Below the pieces are notes generated by a model. That model was not told where the DNA came from and made no database searches. It worked only from the letters and a program-made list of their open reading frames with translations. A DNA stretch of 42,076 nucleotides from the NCBI GenBank assembly GCA_037140315.1, contig JBAXES010000001.1:1-42076 (forward strand), read 5' to 3'. Shown piece after piece: positions 1 through 9,920 of this stretch. Both the position numbers and the translations under genes were made by a program. Numbering within the stretch: the stretch's first letter is position 1; each line of letters begins with the position of its first letter. The stretch comes from Chloroflexales bacterium (GTDB lineage: Bacteria > Chloroflexota > Chloroflexia > Chloroflexales > Chloroflexaceae).

Positions 1-82
1 GCCCCCGGCTCACCCCTGAGACCGACTCCAGGGGCTTGACGCCATCATAGCCCAAAGGAAGGGACGAACATCCGCCGGCGCG

Positions 83-544
83 GTGCCGCCGAGCCAGTTG
101 CCGACCCCGCCCGCCGGCGCGGGCGTCTTCACGGTGGTGAGCGGCGCGCAGTGCGCGACCGTGCGCGCGCCCTACCTGAGCGACGCCGAGCGGCGGCGCT
201 GGCTGGCCTATCTCCCCGACCGACCCATCGCTACGGAGTCGCCCGACCCGCTGCTCCAGCGGTTCCTCAATGATGATCTCGATGAGGCACTGGCCGATGA
301 CGCAATGCCTGCACTTGCCCCGGCGGTGCTGCCGCTCGCCCCGGCGGACATCGCCGCGATCGGCGCGCGGATCGCCCTGGGCCACACGAAGACCGCCGTC
401 GTCCGCGCGATGCCGGGCTACGACACCCGCCGCCACCGCGAGTTCGCCGCCTACTACGAGCGCATCGCCGCCGACCTGTCCGCGCAGGGGCTGACGGCGC
501 GCCGCGCGCGGGCGGCGGCGTTTGCCGAGATGCCTGAGGTATGA
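83..544 (+). pseudogene. Probable C-terminal remnant of an FtsK/SpoIIIE-like protein (otherwise hypothetical protein)
   Basis: Coding-like GC-rich ORF; AGAGVFTVVSG...VRAPYLSD resembles the end of an FtsK ATPase domain. No Walker motifs, in-frame stop at 17-19, no good start, so it looks 5'-truncated. Confidence 0.4.
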
Positions 545-1009
545 TGGTGCCCGACCCACGACTCGCGTGGCTGGAGACGACCCTACATCAACAGATTCCG
601 TTCAGCCGGGCAATGCAGGTTCCTCGTCGTCGCCTACGGCCAGACGGCCTCGCTCTGGCAGCCCCGCTGGCCCCGAACAGTAACCACGCCGCCACCCGCC
701 TTCGCCGGTGGCCTCAACGCGCTGCTTACCCTGGCCGGCTGGGGCTAATCTGGCTGCTCCTCGATGAAGCGTAGATCGCGGCCAGCGTGGTGATCAAGGA
801 CAGTAACATCCGCTACCTGTGCCCAGTCGATGGCGATCTGCTCACGCGGTGCACCATGCCGGCGACGGCCGAGATCGCCCGCTTCCTCGCCCTTCTACTT
901 CGGCGCGGCACCGCCCGCATTTGCGCTCGGGGCGGTGGTTGGCGCTGCGGACGCGCCGGCGGTGCAGCTCAGCGGGCACTACGTGGCGGCCCGACGGGCG
1001 GAGGCGTAG
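541..1009 (+). pseudogene. YiiD C-terminal-type hotdog thioesterase, disrupted
   Basis: Pieces across frames join to LETTLHQQIPFSRAMQV...LAAPLAPNSNH..(shift)AFAGGLNALLTLAGWG(shift)LIWLLL..*..VVIKDSNIRYLCPV...RF...L.RRG.ARI..(shift)AVQLSGHYVA*. In-frame TAG at 772-774 plus several frameshifts. Confidence 0.75.
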
Positions 1010-1508
1010 CGCGCGATGCCAGGGCTGTGCGTTACCGCGGCACCTTTGGCCGGCTTGTGCTGCGGGCCACGCTGCCGGCCCTGGTCTGCTTCGGTGCACG
1101 GGCCTGCCCCATGAACAGTGGTAAGAGCTACGCAGGCCTATTCGGTACAAATATATATATATGAGCAGGGGATGATCCTAGTCCCCCACGCAAATCGGGA
1201 TGGATTGATGGCGAAACGCGGCGAGACCCTCAACCCGCGTATCCTCACGATCGTCGCTGTGGCCAGCTACCTCACGTGTAAGTGAGACCACGGTATGGCG
1301 CTGGTGCAGTAGCGGTCGATTATCTGTGTTCCGTGTCGGGCGTTCGTGGCGGGTGCGTCGCAATGCTCTTGAGCGCATGAGTCAGCCCAAACGTGACGCC
1401 CGATTTGGCCAGTGTTAAGTTGATCGCATGCCGCCCGCATCATAGCTGATGATTGGCGTCCCGCCACGTACTAAGTAGACTTCGTCATCCAGATGTAAGG
1501 AAGCGGAT

Positions 1509-3800
1509 ATGCTGCTGCCCAACACACTCATCCAGGGACGCTACCTGATCATCGAAGCTATTGGTCAGGGCGGGATGGGCGCGGTCTATAAGGCGACCGA
1601 CACCCGGCTACGCAGCACGGTCGCCCTCAAAGAGATCCTGGTTACAGGTGAGATCGCACAGCGGGCTTTCGAGCGAGAGGCCCAACTCCTCGCCAGCCTC
1701 CGCCATGCCGCTATGCCCAAGGTGAGCGATCACTTTATCGACGAGCGTGGCACTTTTCTGATCATGGAGTACATCCCCGGGAATGATCTGGCGACGCTGC
1801 TGGCAGACCAGAACGGGCCCTTCCCCGTCAGCGATGTGTTGCGCTGGGGCGACCAACTGCTGGACGCGCTGGAGTATCTGCACTCACGGCATCCCCCCGT
1901 CATCCATCGCGACATCAAGCCCCAGAACCTGAAGCTGACCGACCGCAACGAGATTATCTTGCTCGACTTCGGCCTGGCAAAGGGGGCTGTTGGGCAGACT
2001 CTGCAGATCACCGCCAGTGTATTCGGCTATACCCCACACTTCGCCCCGCTTGAGCAGATCCAGGGTGTCGGTACCGAGCTACGCTCCGACCTCTACGCGC
2101 TTGGGGCGACCCTCTACCATCTGCTGACCAACCAGATTCCACCCGATGCGCTCAGCCGAGCCTCGGCCCGCATTGGCGATGAGCCTGACCCGCTGCTGTC
2201 CGCCCACGAGCTCAACCCGGCAGTGCCTGAGGCGGTCAGCGCCGTGCTGATGCAAGCTATGGCCCAAAAGCCCGACCATCGCCCCGCGAGCGCATTCGCC
2301 ATGCGTGCCCTCCTGCGCGACGCCCAGCATGGCATCAGCCCGTACGGGAATAGTAGCGGGCGTGAGACGGTGCTCGTGGGTGGGGAAAATGTCGTACAGG
2401 TGAAGCCCGACACGCGCCCGCCAGGCCGCCCAGTGACAAAGCCGCCTACTCGTGTTGATGCGGCGCCGGGCACGCAGGCCTTTCAAGGCGCGAGTGTCAT
2501 CGATCTACCCACAACGGGTCGGTCTGCGCCAATCTGGGCTTGGGCGGCGGGTGTCGCCGCCCTGCTGCTTGTCATAGGCCTGGTGTCCTTCTTCAGCGCA
2601 AGTGCTGGACGTGGCAGCACGGCGCCGACGACACGAGCGCTTGTGCTCAATGGATCGACGGAGACCGGCACCGCAGCGGCCACCAGCACGCCCGCTGCGC
2701 CCTCGCCGACCATCGATATTCTGGTGGCCGCCGCCGCAACCCAGACGACAGAGGCGCAGCGCCAGGCCGATATGCTGGCGACGGCCCAGCTCTTGCTCGA
2801 CAAGACTGCCCAAGCCAGCACCCAGACCGCCGTCGCCCTGATTCCTTCCAACACACCGCTTCCGCCAACCAACACACCAGCATCGACGAATACATCAGCA
2901 CCGACGGATACGCCTGGGCCAAGCCCAACCAAGGGGCCAACCAAAACGCCGAAACCCACAACTACGCCTGCGCCAACGAAGACGATAGACCCGAATCCTC
3001 CTACGCCTACGGCGCCCGCCGCCACCAATACGTCCATGCCCGTCGCTGGCGAAGTGCTCAGCCTGGGTAACGGGTCACTGTTCCGTGCCTCGGTTGACAT
3101 TGGTACCGTCACCCCCGACGGCCAGAGCGGCGCGTGCATCCAGGGCCGCGTGAAGACGTCGGACGGCGGCAAGTTTAGCCGCTTCGGCGTCCAGGTAGAT
3201 AACCGGGGCAGTACCAAGCAGTCTAAGACGGACCCTGTGGGTGGCACCTACAGCATCTGCGGCCTGGGCGCAGGCGAGTGGGGCGTCTCGGTCTTCACCG
3301 CCGGTGGGGTTGATATCCCCAGCGACGAGCAGGTGGCCCATCAGGTGCGCGTGCGCCTGAGCGGCACCCCAGGCGAGGTCTTCTACATCACCTTCCAGGC
3401 AACGCCCGCCTTCGCACCGCCCGTGCCAACCGCGACGCTCTTAGCCGGGCCGTACGATGGCCAGTGGGCGGGCAAGCTCTCGGGCAAGACGGCGGGCGAT
3501 ATAGAGTTTAACGGCTCCTTCCGCATGGAGGTGCGAGCCAACGCGATCTACCGCATTTCGATTGATGGCCCGTCGTGCCTCTTCGAGACCTACCCGAACT
3601 TCCCGGCCGGATTTCCGCTTGGCGGCACAGCGTTCAGCCTCTCTGGCTCACCATCGAACCCGCAGACCGGCATTGATGCGAGTATCACCTTCAGCGTGAG
3701 TGGCAACTTCGCCTCAACGAGCAACGCCGCGGGGCTGCTCAACGCGAACCAGAATGGCAACGTGTGCGCGGTTGCGATTTGGAGCGCAACGAAGCGGTGA
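1509..3800 (+). CDS. Membrane-anchored Hanks-type Ser/Thr protein kinase with Pro/Thr-rich linker and extracellular beta-rich domains
   Basis: GQGGMGAVY, VALKE, HRDIKPQN, DFG, TPHFAPLEQ, SDLYALG; TM IWAWAAGVAALLLVIGLVSFF; PT-rich stalk; RBS AAGGAAG upstream. Confidence 0.95.
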   Translation: MLLPNTLIQGRYLIIEAIGQGGMGAVYKATDTRLRSTVALKEILVTGEIAQRAFEREAQLLASLRHAAMPKVSDHFIDERGTFLIMEYIPGNDLATLLADQNGPFPVSDVLRWGDQLLDALEYLHSRHPPVIHRDIKPQNLKLTDRNEIILLDFGLAKGAVGQTLQITASVFGYTPHFAPLEQIQGVGTELRSDLYALGATLYHLLTNQIPPDALSRASARIGDEPDPLLSAHELNPAVPEAVSAVLMQAMAQKPDHRPASAFAMRALLRDAQHGISPYGNSSGRETVLVGGENVVQVKPDTRPPGRPVTKPPTRVDAAPGTQAFQGASVIDLPTTGRSAPIWAWAAGVAALLLVIGLVSFFSASAGRGSTAPTTRALVLNGSTETGTAAATSTPAAPSPTIDILVAAAATQTTEAQRQADMLATAQLLLDKTAQASTQTAVALIPSNTPLPPTNTPASTNTSAPTDTPGPSPTKGPTKTPKPTTTPAPTKTIDPNPPTPTAPAATNTSMPVAGEVLSLGNGSLFRASVDIGTVTPDGQSGACIQGRVKTSDGGKFSRFGVQVDNRGSTKQSKTDPVGGTYSICGLGAGEWGVSVFTAGGVDIPSDEQVAHQVRVRLSGTPGEVFYITFQATPAFAPPVPTATLLAGPYDGQWAGKLSGKTAGDIEFNGSFRMEVRANAIYRISIDGPSCLFETYPNFPAGFPLGGTAFSLSGSPSNPQTGIDASITFSVSGNFASTSNAAGLLNANQNGNVCAVAIWSATKR

Positions 3801-4003
3801 ATTGACTCGGCCTAGTCCAACCTCCCCCGAAGGTCCTCGCTGCGGCGCACGGCAAAACCGCAGCGCAGCGAGGGCCGCCCTGGCATATCGCGTTCGGCTC
3901 AGTGGCCGCAGCTCCCTAAAGCACGGCGGAGGTTGGAACCCCATTACCCGCGCGAAGTGAGTCGCGGGCGGGGTTAGGCAGGGCATGTGACTCTCCAACA
4001 ACT

Positions 4004-4765
4004 CTACAGATCTCTCGGCTCAATGCTGATAGCCATTGCGGAACCAGTCGGGTTCGTCAGCAGGTCTGCTGGGATCGGTCCGACATTGGCAACCCCGTTA
4101 GGCCCAAGCCAGGCCCGAAACGATCTGGTACCTAGGGTGATCACCGCATCGCCCTCGATGGGCGGATCGACGGTGACAATGACTCTCCACTGCCCACCCG
4201 CCCTACGCACGGTGACATTCATCTGATAGCTATCGTCCTCGCCCTCGTAGATCACGGTATCATCATCGCCCTGGCCCCAGGCTGGGCCAGGCTGCGGTGC
4301 CAGAATACGTGTGAACCACATTCGCGGGAGGGTGATAGCTCGGATGGCCGGGCGCGCCCGGCTCGGATCGAGGCGGCTGCGCAGGCTCGTGAGCGGTATG
4401 GGTGACAGTGTCCCCTCAGACTCAGCGTCCTGGAGTGTGCTCACCATCTGGTAGGTCGTTGCACAGTCAGCGCAGGTCCAGAGATGCCACCAGACGTGAG
4501 GGTAGGCGCTGAGGGCCTTGGCGATACCCTCATCGCGCTCAATATCGATGTAGGCCGCGAGGTCACCCTGGCACTGATCACACGTCGTCTGCGTAGAATG
4601 AAGCGGAGCCTGTAGCAACTCGACAACGATCAGCAGCAGCGCAGCGCGGCATCGTTCGCAGCCGGACACGTGGGCCACAAGGGCTGGTGGTGGCGTCGAC
4701 GGCACCGCTATGGTGTCAAGGGATGTCATCCATACCTGGACATCGGTACAGAAGGAAGTAATCAT
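4004..4765 (-). CDS. Soluble zinc-finger (zf-HC2-like) putative anti-sigma factor
   Basis: AHVSGCERC and CDQC...HLWTCADC (HxxxCxxC twice); C-terminal beta-rich domain; no TM; downstream of the ECF sigma gene. Start at 4765 or 4813. Confidence 0.7.
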   Translation of the reverse strand: MITSFCTDVQVWMTSLDTIAVPSTPPPALVAHVSGCERCRAALLLIVVELLQAPLHSTQTTCDQCQGDLAAYIDIERDEGIAKALSAYPHVWWHLWTCADCATTYQMVSTLQDAESEGTLSPIPLTSLRSRLDPSRARPAIRAITLPRMWFTRILAPQPGPAWGQGDDDTVIYEGEDDSYQMNVTVRRAGGQWRVIVTVDPPIEGDAVITLGTRSFRAWLGPNGVANVGPIPADLLTNPTGSAMAISIEPRDL

Positions 4766-5077
4766 AGTATGGCTTTGCCGCTCGCTGCAGTGAGAGACGG
4801 CGCTATTGATCATAAAAGCAGTTCATATAGCAATCCTACCGGGGTTGTGAAGCCGATTCTCTGGCTGCCGCTTCCCAATGTGGCACCCCTGGAGCATGGC
4901 GCAACAGGCTTCACGACCGGCGTAGGACTGCTATAGGTAAGAATCAGGTATAGATACACCAAGCTGGAACGGTGGAGAATGCCACGCTCACCGTTTGTAG
5001 GACGCTGGAGCAGGCGACAAAGTTGCTTGCTCTTAACTTTGTACCGAATCCTACGAGATACTGCTTGCAGGATGGTA

Positions 5078-5872
5078 CTACTCGTGGGAGAAAGCGTCAA
5101 CATCAGTTCGCCATGTCTGGATGGCAGGATGTTGCTGGAGGATCGTGCGCGCCTGAGCGAGGAGTGCACGTACGCGTGAGGGGTGGAGGTGGATGCGCTT
5201 ACCGATCTCCTCCGTGGAGCGATCATCAATAGCCCAGAGGTGAAAGATGAAGGCTATTCGCTTATCGCCTCCCTGGAGCATGATGGTATGGATCTGGTTA
5301 ATCAGTACGTGGTTCAATGCCTGTTGCTCCGGCTCGTCCTCATCACGGGCAGGGGCATCGAGATCTGGTGAGGAATCAAGAGACTCGGGGCGCTGGGCGC
5401 GCTTTTTTGCTCGGCTGTCACGGATATGGCGACGCACGCTCTGCACCGTCACGGTGTGCGCCCACGTGGCAAAACTGCTGCGGTAGGCAAAGTTTTGTAG
5501 GGAGGCTACGAGAGCTATCTGGGCCACCTGGGCGAGATCGTCGCTGTCCACAGCACTATCGCTAGACCAATAGAGGCCAGCCTTGCGCAGAATCTCAACG
5601 ACCTGGTCCATCCACACCTTCCATTGCTCGCTATGGCGGGGGTGGCGACTATCTCGTAGCGCATCGACAAGCTGGTGGTCGGCGTGGTAGTAGCTACAGA
5701 CCCGGCGTAGCATTGTCTCGTCGCACGTGTCTGGCAGCAGCGAGCGTAACGCTAGCGCGTAGCGCTCAACATCCTCGGCGTTTAACTCCCAGCCGTACTC
5801 AGCGCTCAGAGCCGCGATCACCACGCACCAGTGTGCCGACAGAGCATCCCCCTGATCCATACAGCGTCCCAC
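5078..5872 (-). CDS. ECF-type RNA polymerase sigma factor with N-terminal extension
   Basis: Region 2 DDLAQVAQIALVASLQNFAYRSSFATWAHTV; region 4 STEEIGKRIHLHPSRVRALLAQAR. Start at 5872 (GTG) or 5860 (ATG). Confidence 0.9.
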   Translation of the reverse strand: MGRCMDQGDALSAHWCVVIAALSAEYGWELNAEDVERYALALRSLLPDTCDETMLRRVCSYYHADHQLVDALRDSRHPRHSEQWKVWMDQVVEILRKAGLYWSSDSAVDSDDLAQVAQIALVASLQNFAYRSSFATWAHTVTVQSVRRHIRDSRAKKRAQRPESLDSSPDLDAPARDEDEPEQQALNHVLINQIHTIMLQGGDKRIAFIFHLWAIDDRSTEEIGKRIHLHPSRVRALLAQARTILQQHPAIQTWRTDVDAFSHE

Positions 5873-6511
5873 TTCCTAGCATCAATGCAGTAATTTGAAG
5901 GGCTGAAGGCTGGTGGGCCTCACTTGGATCTACGTACTCCGCCGCGATGAGAATAAACCAGATCGTCGTGATGTGACCGCCAGGGAGTCGAGGGGATACC
6001 TGAGCAACCGGGGCATTCAGGTATGCCTTGGGTAAAACACTTGATGCTACCTAATATACACATAGCCTCATTACCACATCATTAAAAGCAGCGCAAAGTA
6101 GTAAAAAATGTGTAGATATGAGAAATGCGACAATACGCTGCCTTTGAGCCAATCGTAGACCTACGGCGTCACCTGTGAGTATAACACGCTGTATGGGTGC
6201 AGCTGTAGTGATACGTTTCATCCCTCGCCTGCTCACATGAGACAAGCGGTGACGGATCTGCGATGTGCTACCTAGACCGCTGCTCTGCGCCTTGCTACGT
6301 GTCAGTGCAACCAATCGGAGCAAACGCGAGCGAGCATCACAAGTGAGAGCTTACGCACGCAACAAGCGACAAGCGCTCGCAGGGAGAGATTGGTACAAAG
6401 TAAGCGAGCAGCAGATAAGCCGGTGGAAGACATCGCCGGCGCGCGGCCGGCAGACCTGGCGAGGAAGATGATGCGGGACTATCTGATGACGAGCGGTGAT
6501 AGGGAAAGCAG
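5873..6511. promoter_or_regulatory. Divergent promoter region between the ECF sigma gene and the long + strand operon
   Basis: ~640 bp with no credible CDS, locally AT-rich (about 6030-6220), between divergent genes. Exact promoters not resolved. Confidence 0.55.
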
Positions 6512-6769
6512 GTGCTCATGGCCGAGCTCCAAGCGATGCGCGACGTCCTGACCGTCGATGAGATCGCCGACTACCTGCGGGTTAGTCGGGCAACCATCTG
6601 CCGATGGTGCGGCGCTGGCAAGCTCCCCGCCTTCAAGATCGGCAAGAGCTGGCGCGTGCAGCGGAGCGACCTGGAGGGATATATCAGGCGTCAGCGTGAC
6701 GCTATGCCAGATCAGCCAGGTCTCGCTGTGGTAATAAAAGATCTTGCTCATTCTTCTAACCAGAGCTGA
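6512..6769 (+). CDS. Excisionase-like helix-turn-helix DNA-binding protein (HTH_17 type)
   Basis: LTVDEIADYLRVSRATICRWCGAGKLPAFKIGKSWRVQRSDLEGYI matches the family pattern. Start at 6512 or 6518. Confidence 0.9.
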   Translation: MLMAELQAMRDVLTVDEIADYLRVSRATICRWCGAGKLPAFKIGKSWRVQRSDLEGYIRRQRDAMPDQPGLAVVIKDLAHSSNQS

Positions 6770-6833
6770 TTCTCGCTTCGCACGACATACGAGGAAAAAT
6801 GCGCCACTCATTCTTATCTGTAGGATTAAAGCA

Positions 6834-7529
6834 ATGACATACGGATTGATACTCACGGCACTCTTTGGCGTCGGGACGCCAGTGTCTTTTATGGCCCTCC
6901 GACAAAGCGTTGGAACATTGCAATCTCTAGCAGTGTTTGCCTTCGGAGGAGCCGGTCTTACGCTGACATCATTTTTTCTTCTCCCTTGGGTCGATGTGCG
7001 TGGCGGATTGAACTCGTTGGCTAGTTTGATCAGTAGTTCTGGGTTGCCGATCTCGCCAGATTTAGTACGGCAGTTGGAGCAGATGGGCGTTATGCCCGAG
7101 ATCAATCGAGTTGCAAGTGAGACACTCCTGATAACAGGTTGGAAGCTTGCAGCTGAACTACCGACCGTGTCCACGTCGTTACAGATATCGCTCTTTATGG
7201 GGCCAGTCGTTGCCCTGCTTGCGCTGATCGTCGGAGGCCTAGCGATCTCTGGTCAGGCTGCAGCCAAGCCAATGGGACTCTTCTTGCTTGTAGCCAGTCT
7301 GCTCGCGTTGGCCTTGCTCTTCTTCTCCTTCCGGTATATTCGTGCCTTTGGCGTCGATCCGGGCTTCTTTTCACCCGTGTTCGATCTGCTCGGCATCCGC
7401 CTTGGGTTAGGCGTTTGGGTTGAGCTGGTTGGCCTGGCTAGTACTGCCGCCGCCGGGTTGCTCATTGCACAGAGTTCGCTCAAAGCGCCTAAGCGTGTGC
7501 AAGGGCGTTTTCAAAGGCGTTTTCGTTAG
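6834..7529 (+). CDS. Multi-pass membrane protein, hypothetical
   Basis: About five hydrophobic segments, FFLLPWV motif, basic C-tail; ATG 6834 preferred over the TTG at 6744. Confidence 0.8.
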   Translation: MTYGLILTALFGVGTPVSFMALRQSVGTLQSLAVFAFGGAGLTLTSFFLLPWVDVRGGLNSLASLISSSGLPISPDLVRQLEQMGVMPEINRVASETLLITGWKLAAELPTVSTSLQISLFMGPVVALLALIVGGLAISGQAAAKPMGLFLLVASLLALALLFFSFRYIRAFGVDPGFFSPVFDLLGIRLGLGVWVELVGLASTAAAGLLIAQSSLKAPKRVQGRFQRRFR

Positions 7530-7571
7530 CGCCTGATGAGTGGTTGTCCTTGCTCAGGATGAGAATTTCAC

Positions 7572-9863
7572 ATGAACTATCGCAGACTCGCGCCTATTGC
7601 TACGCTCTTACTCACACTGCTGCTGTTAGCCTACGCGCCTGCCTCGCTTGTTAGGGCTAGGGCACCTGGTTATGCGCCTGGGGCAACTATTATCTTCGTG
7701 GTTGATCAGTCGGGGAGTATGCGTGATGGGCCGATTCTGAATCAGGCCAGCGGCGCACGCGGGCCAGCGAGTGACCCTGATGGTTTGGCGTTGCTCGCGC
7801 TAAACTCTGGCATCCAGCCGATCTTTCAGCGGATCGTTTTGAGCGAGCTTGAGCGAATCAGCGTCGATCTTGTTGGTCAGGAGCATGAGATTGGCGTGGT
7901 GCTCTTCGGCGGCGGTCTTGAGCCAAACGAAGGCAGTGTCCGGATCGCTGTGCCGATTACGAAAGTTGAGATCCAACGAGACAAGGATGGTAATGTCACA
8001 TCGAATATCGATGGGTTACTGCCAAAAAATCCGTCTAACCTTGGTGATACTGCTTTCTCGGGGGCTTTTGATGCCGTCTGTACAATGATCAACTGCGACC
8101 AGGGGCCTCCGCCAGGTCGAAAGCAAATCGTTGTACTACTGACCGATGGTGCCCCTGCACGCGATACGATTTCCTATAATATCAATGAGCCGACCAACTA
8201 TTTCAATGCGTTAGGCTCAAGATTCAGCGGGCTGTTTAAAAATAGCGAGTTGTGGGTGCTTGGCCTTGATCGCAGTAACCGCTTCTGGTCAATCAATCAA
8301 CCCTTCTGGGAGAAGATTGCCCCCGGACATACACGCCTGCTCACCAACCCAAGCGATATTGCCCCGATCTTTAGCCAGATCGCGCTCGAGGCAATTGGTG
8401 AGCCGCTTGCTCCTCCACGCGTCTGCGACGGGACATCCTTCTCCGTTGAGCCTTACAAGGCTTCGCTTTCCCTCATCCTCGAGTACCCTGATGTTAATAG
8501 CAAGGCTGAGTTTTTTCTACCCTCAGGCGAAAAGCTGACCCGTAAAACGGCGGCAGTGGCTGGCTATACCCGCAGCGCGCTCTCCGAGTCGTTCGTCATC
8601 ACTGATCCCGTCCCCGGTGAGTGGCGCTGCCAGATTGTTGGCACGGGTGTGACCCCACAGTTCCGCGATATCCAGGGCCTCTTTCGGGTTACCAATCTTG
8701 AGATCGGGCGCTTTGGCGATATCCCCTCGGCTTGCCGTGATTTTAACCTGACGATTACGTACCGCGACCGCAACAATAAGCCCATTGCTGAGATACCTGA
8801 GTATCCGCTAAACCAGCTCGTAACCGTCGTGATCGATGGAACGCCAATCAAGCGGAACCTCATCGCCGTCGACTCTCAGCGAACAGTTTGGCGTATTGAT
8901 GGTGATCTGACCCCGAGCGAGGGCGGCGGAACCTATCCGCTCGATATATCAGTGAGCCTGGCCAAAGGCTCGCAGGCGACGATCTTTGCCGATACGAGCC
9001 ATTCGATCACGATTGATCCGCGCTTGCCCTGCTTAAGCGTCGTTGCCCCAACCAATGGCGGGGTAAGTAGTATGCATGATCGCCTCTCTCCGGTTGGTGT
9101 GACCCTTGATGTGCTGCTCAGCCAAGGCGGGAATCCGGCCCAGCTTGAGGGAATCTTTCGTGAAGATGTAAATAAGATTATCACCGGTACGTTGCTCGGC
9201 CCGAGTCACCTCTCCCGCGATGTGGTGTTTAGCGCGGTGCCCGAAAAGCCCGGCCTCTTCCGTGCGCTTGTGAATGATCTCCCCACCACCCTCTCAGCCG
9301 GTGGGGTGTACACCTTTACGGCCCAGCTCACTGCAACCACTCAGGCCGGTGAGCGCTATGCCCTTGCAACACCCACAATCAGCTTCACCCGTGAGCCCGG
9401 CACCTTCTGGCGAGCCGTCCAGATCGCCATTCGTGTCGCTGCGCTCGCTGCCGTCCTGATCGTGCTTACCTTGATTGGCCTGTTTATTCTCTTGATAACC
9501 CCGCCCTACCCTCACGGCATACTTGTGGTTCAGCGTAGGGTGACGGGCGACGCGGCCGCCTTCCGCCAGTGGGATGATCTTCACACCTTCAGCTTCACGA
9601 GTGCGAAGCTATTCGGCATCTTGCCAATGCGCTGGGTCACGCTGTTGGTCAAAAGCAAAACCACCCAAACCACGATCAATATCAGGCGGGCGCGGGCCAA
9701 GTACGTCAAGGTGGCCCGCGAGGAAGGCATTAGCGCCACCCTCTTCCCGGCTAAAAAGGGTAGCAGCAAGCGTGAATTCACCTTCACGCGACACGGTCAG
9801 TCTCGCGATCTTGGCGGAGATCTTCGCCTGCTCTATCAAGATTACGGTAAGCAGCGGCCCTAG
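7572..9863 (+). CDS. Signal peptide + VWA domain + Ig-like domains + TM + basic cytoplasmic tail
   Basis: Signal peptide; MIDAS FVVDQSGS, GDT, VLLTDG; beta-rich middle; TM VAALAAVLIVLTLIGLFILLI. Confidence 0.9.
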   Translation: MNYRRLAPIATLLLTLLLLAYAPASLVRARAPGYAPGATIIFVVDQSGSMRDGPILNQASGARGPASDPDGLALLALNSGIQPIFQRIVLSELERISVDLVGQEHEIGVVLFGGGLEPNEGSVRIAVPITKVEIQRDKDGNVTSNIDGLLPKNPSNLGDTAFSGAFDAVCTMINCDQGPPPGRKQIVVLLTDGAPARDTISYNINEPTNYFNALGSRFSGLFKNSELWVLGLDRSNRFWSINQPFWEKIAPGHTRLLTNPSDIAPIFSQIALEAIGEPLAPPRVCDGTSFSVEPYKASLSLILEYPDVNSKAEFFLPSGEKLTRKTAAVAGYTRSALSESFVITDPVPGEWRCQIVGTGVTPQFRDIQGLFRVTNLEIGRFGDIPSACRDFNLTITYRDRNNKPIAEIPEYPLNQLVTVVIDGTPIKRNLIAVDSQRTVWRIDGDLTPSEGGGTYPLDISVSLAKGSQATIFADTSHSITIDPRLPCLSVVAPTNGGVSSMHDRLSPVGVTLDVLLSQGGNPAQLEGIFREDVNKIITGTLLGPSHLSRDVVFSAVPEKPGLFRALVNDLPTTLSAGGVYTFTAQLTATTQAGERYALATPTISFTREPGTFWRAVQIAIRVAALAAVLIVLTLIGLFILLITPPYPHGILVVQRRVTGDAAAFRQWDDLHTFSFTSAKLFGILPMRWVTLLVKSKTTQTTINIRRARAKYVKVAREEGISATLFPAKKGSSKREFTFTRHGQSRDLGGDLRLLYQDYGKQRP

Positions 9864-9920
9864 GTTGCGCGCATCCACGTTCCATACCGCTCGCCCACCA
9901 CGAATGAATCGAGGAGTATT

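Noticed and set aside
30-52. GCTTGAC...CATAG resembling an IS110-type end
   Set aside because: Too short and no transposase in the window; needs upstream sequence.
1151-1162. (AT)n microsatellite
   Set aside because: Short, intergenic and with no evident function.
3945-3975. GC-rich hairpin between the convergent kinase and anti-sigma genes as a terminator
   Set aside because: Stem is imperfect and lacks a U-tract on either strand.
4810-5229. ORF bridging the sigma and anti-sigma genes
   Set aside because: Overlaps the sigma 3' end out of frame, has no motif and atypical composition; the gap is more likely non-coding.
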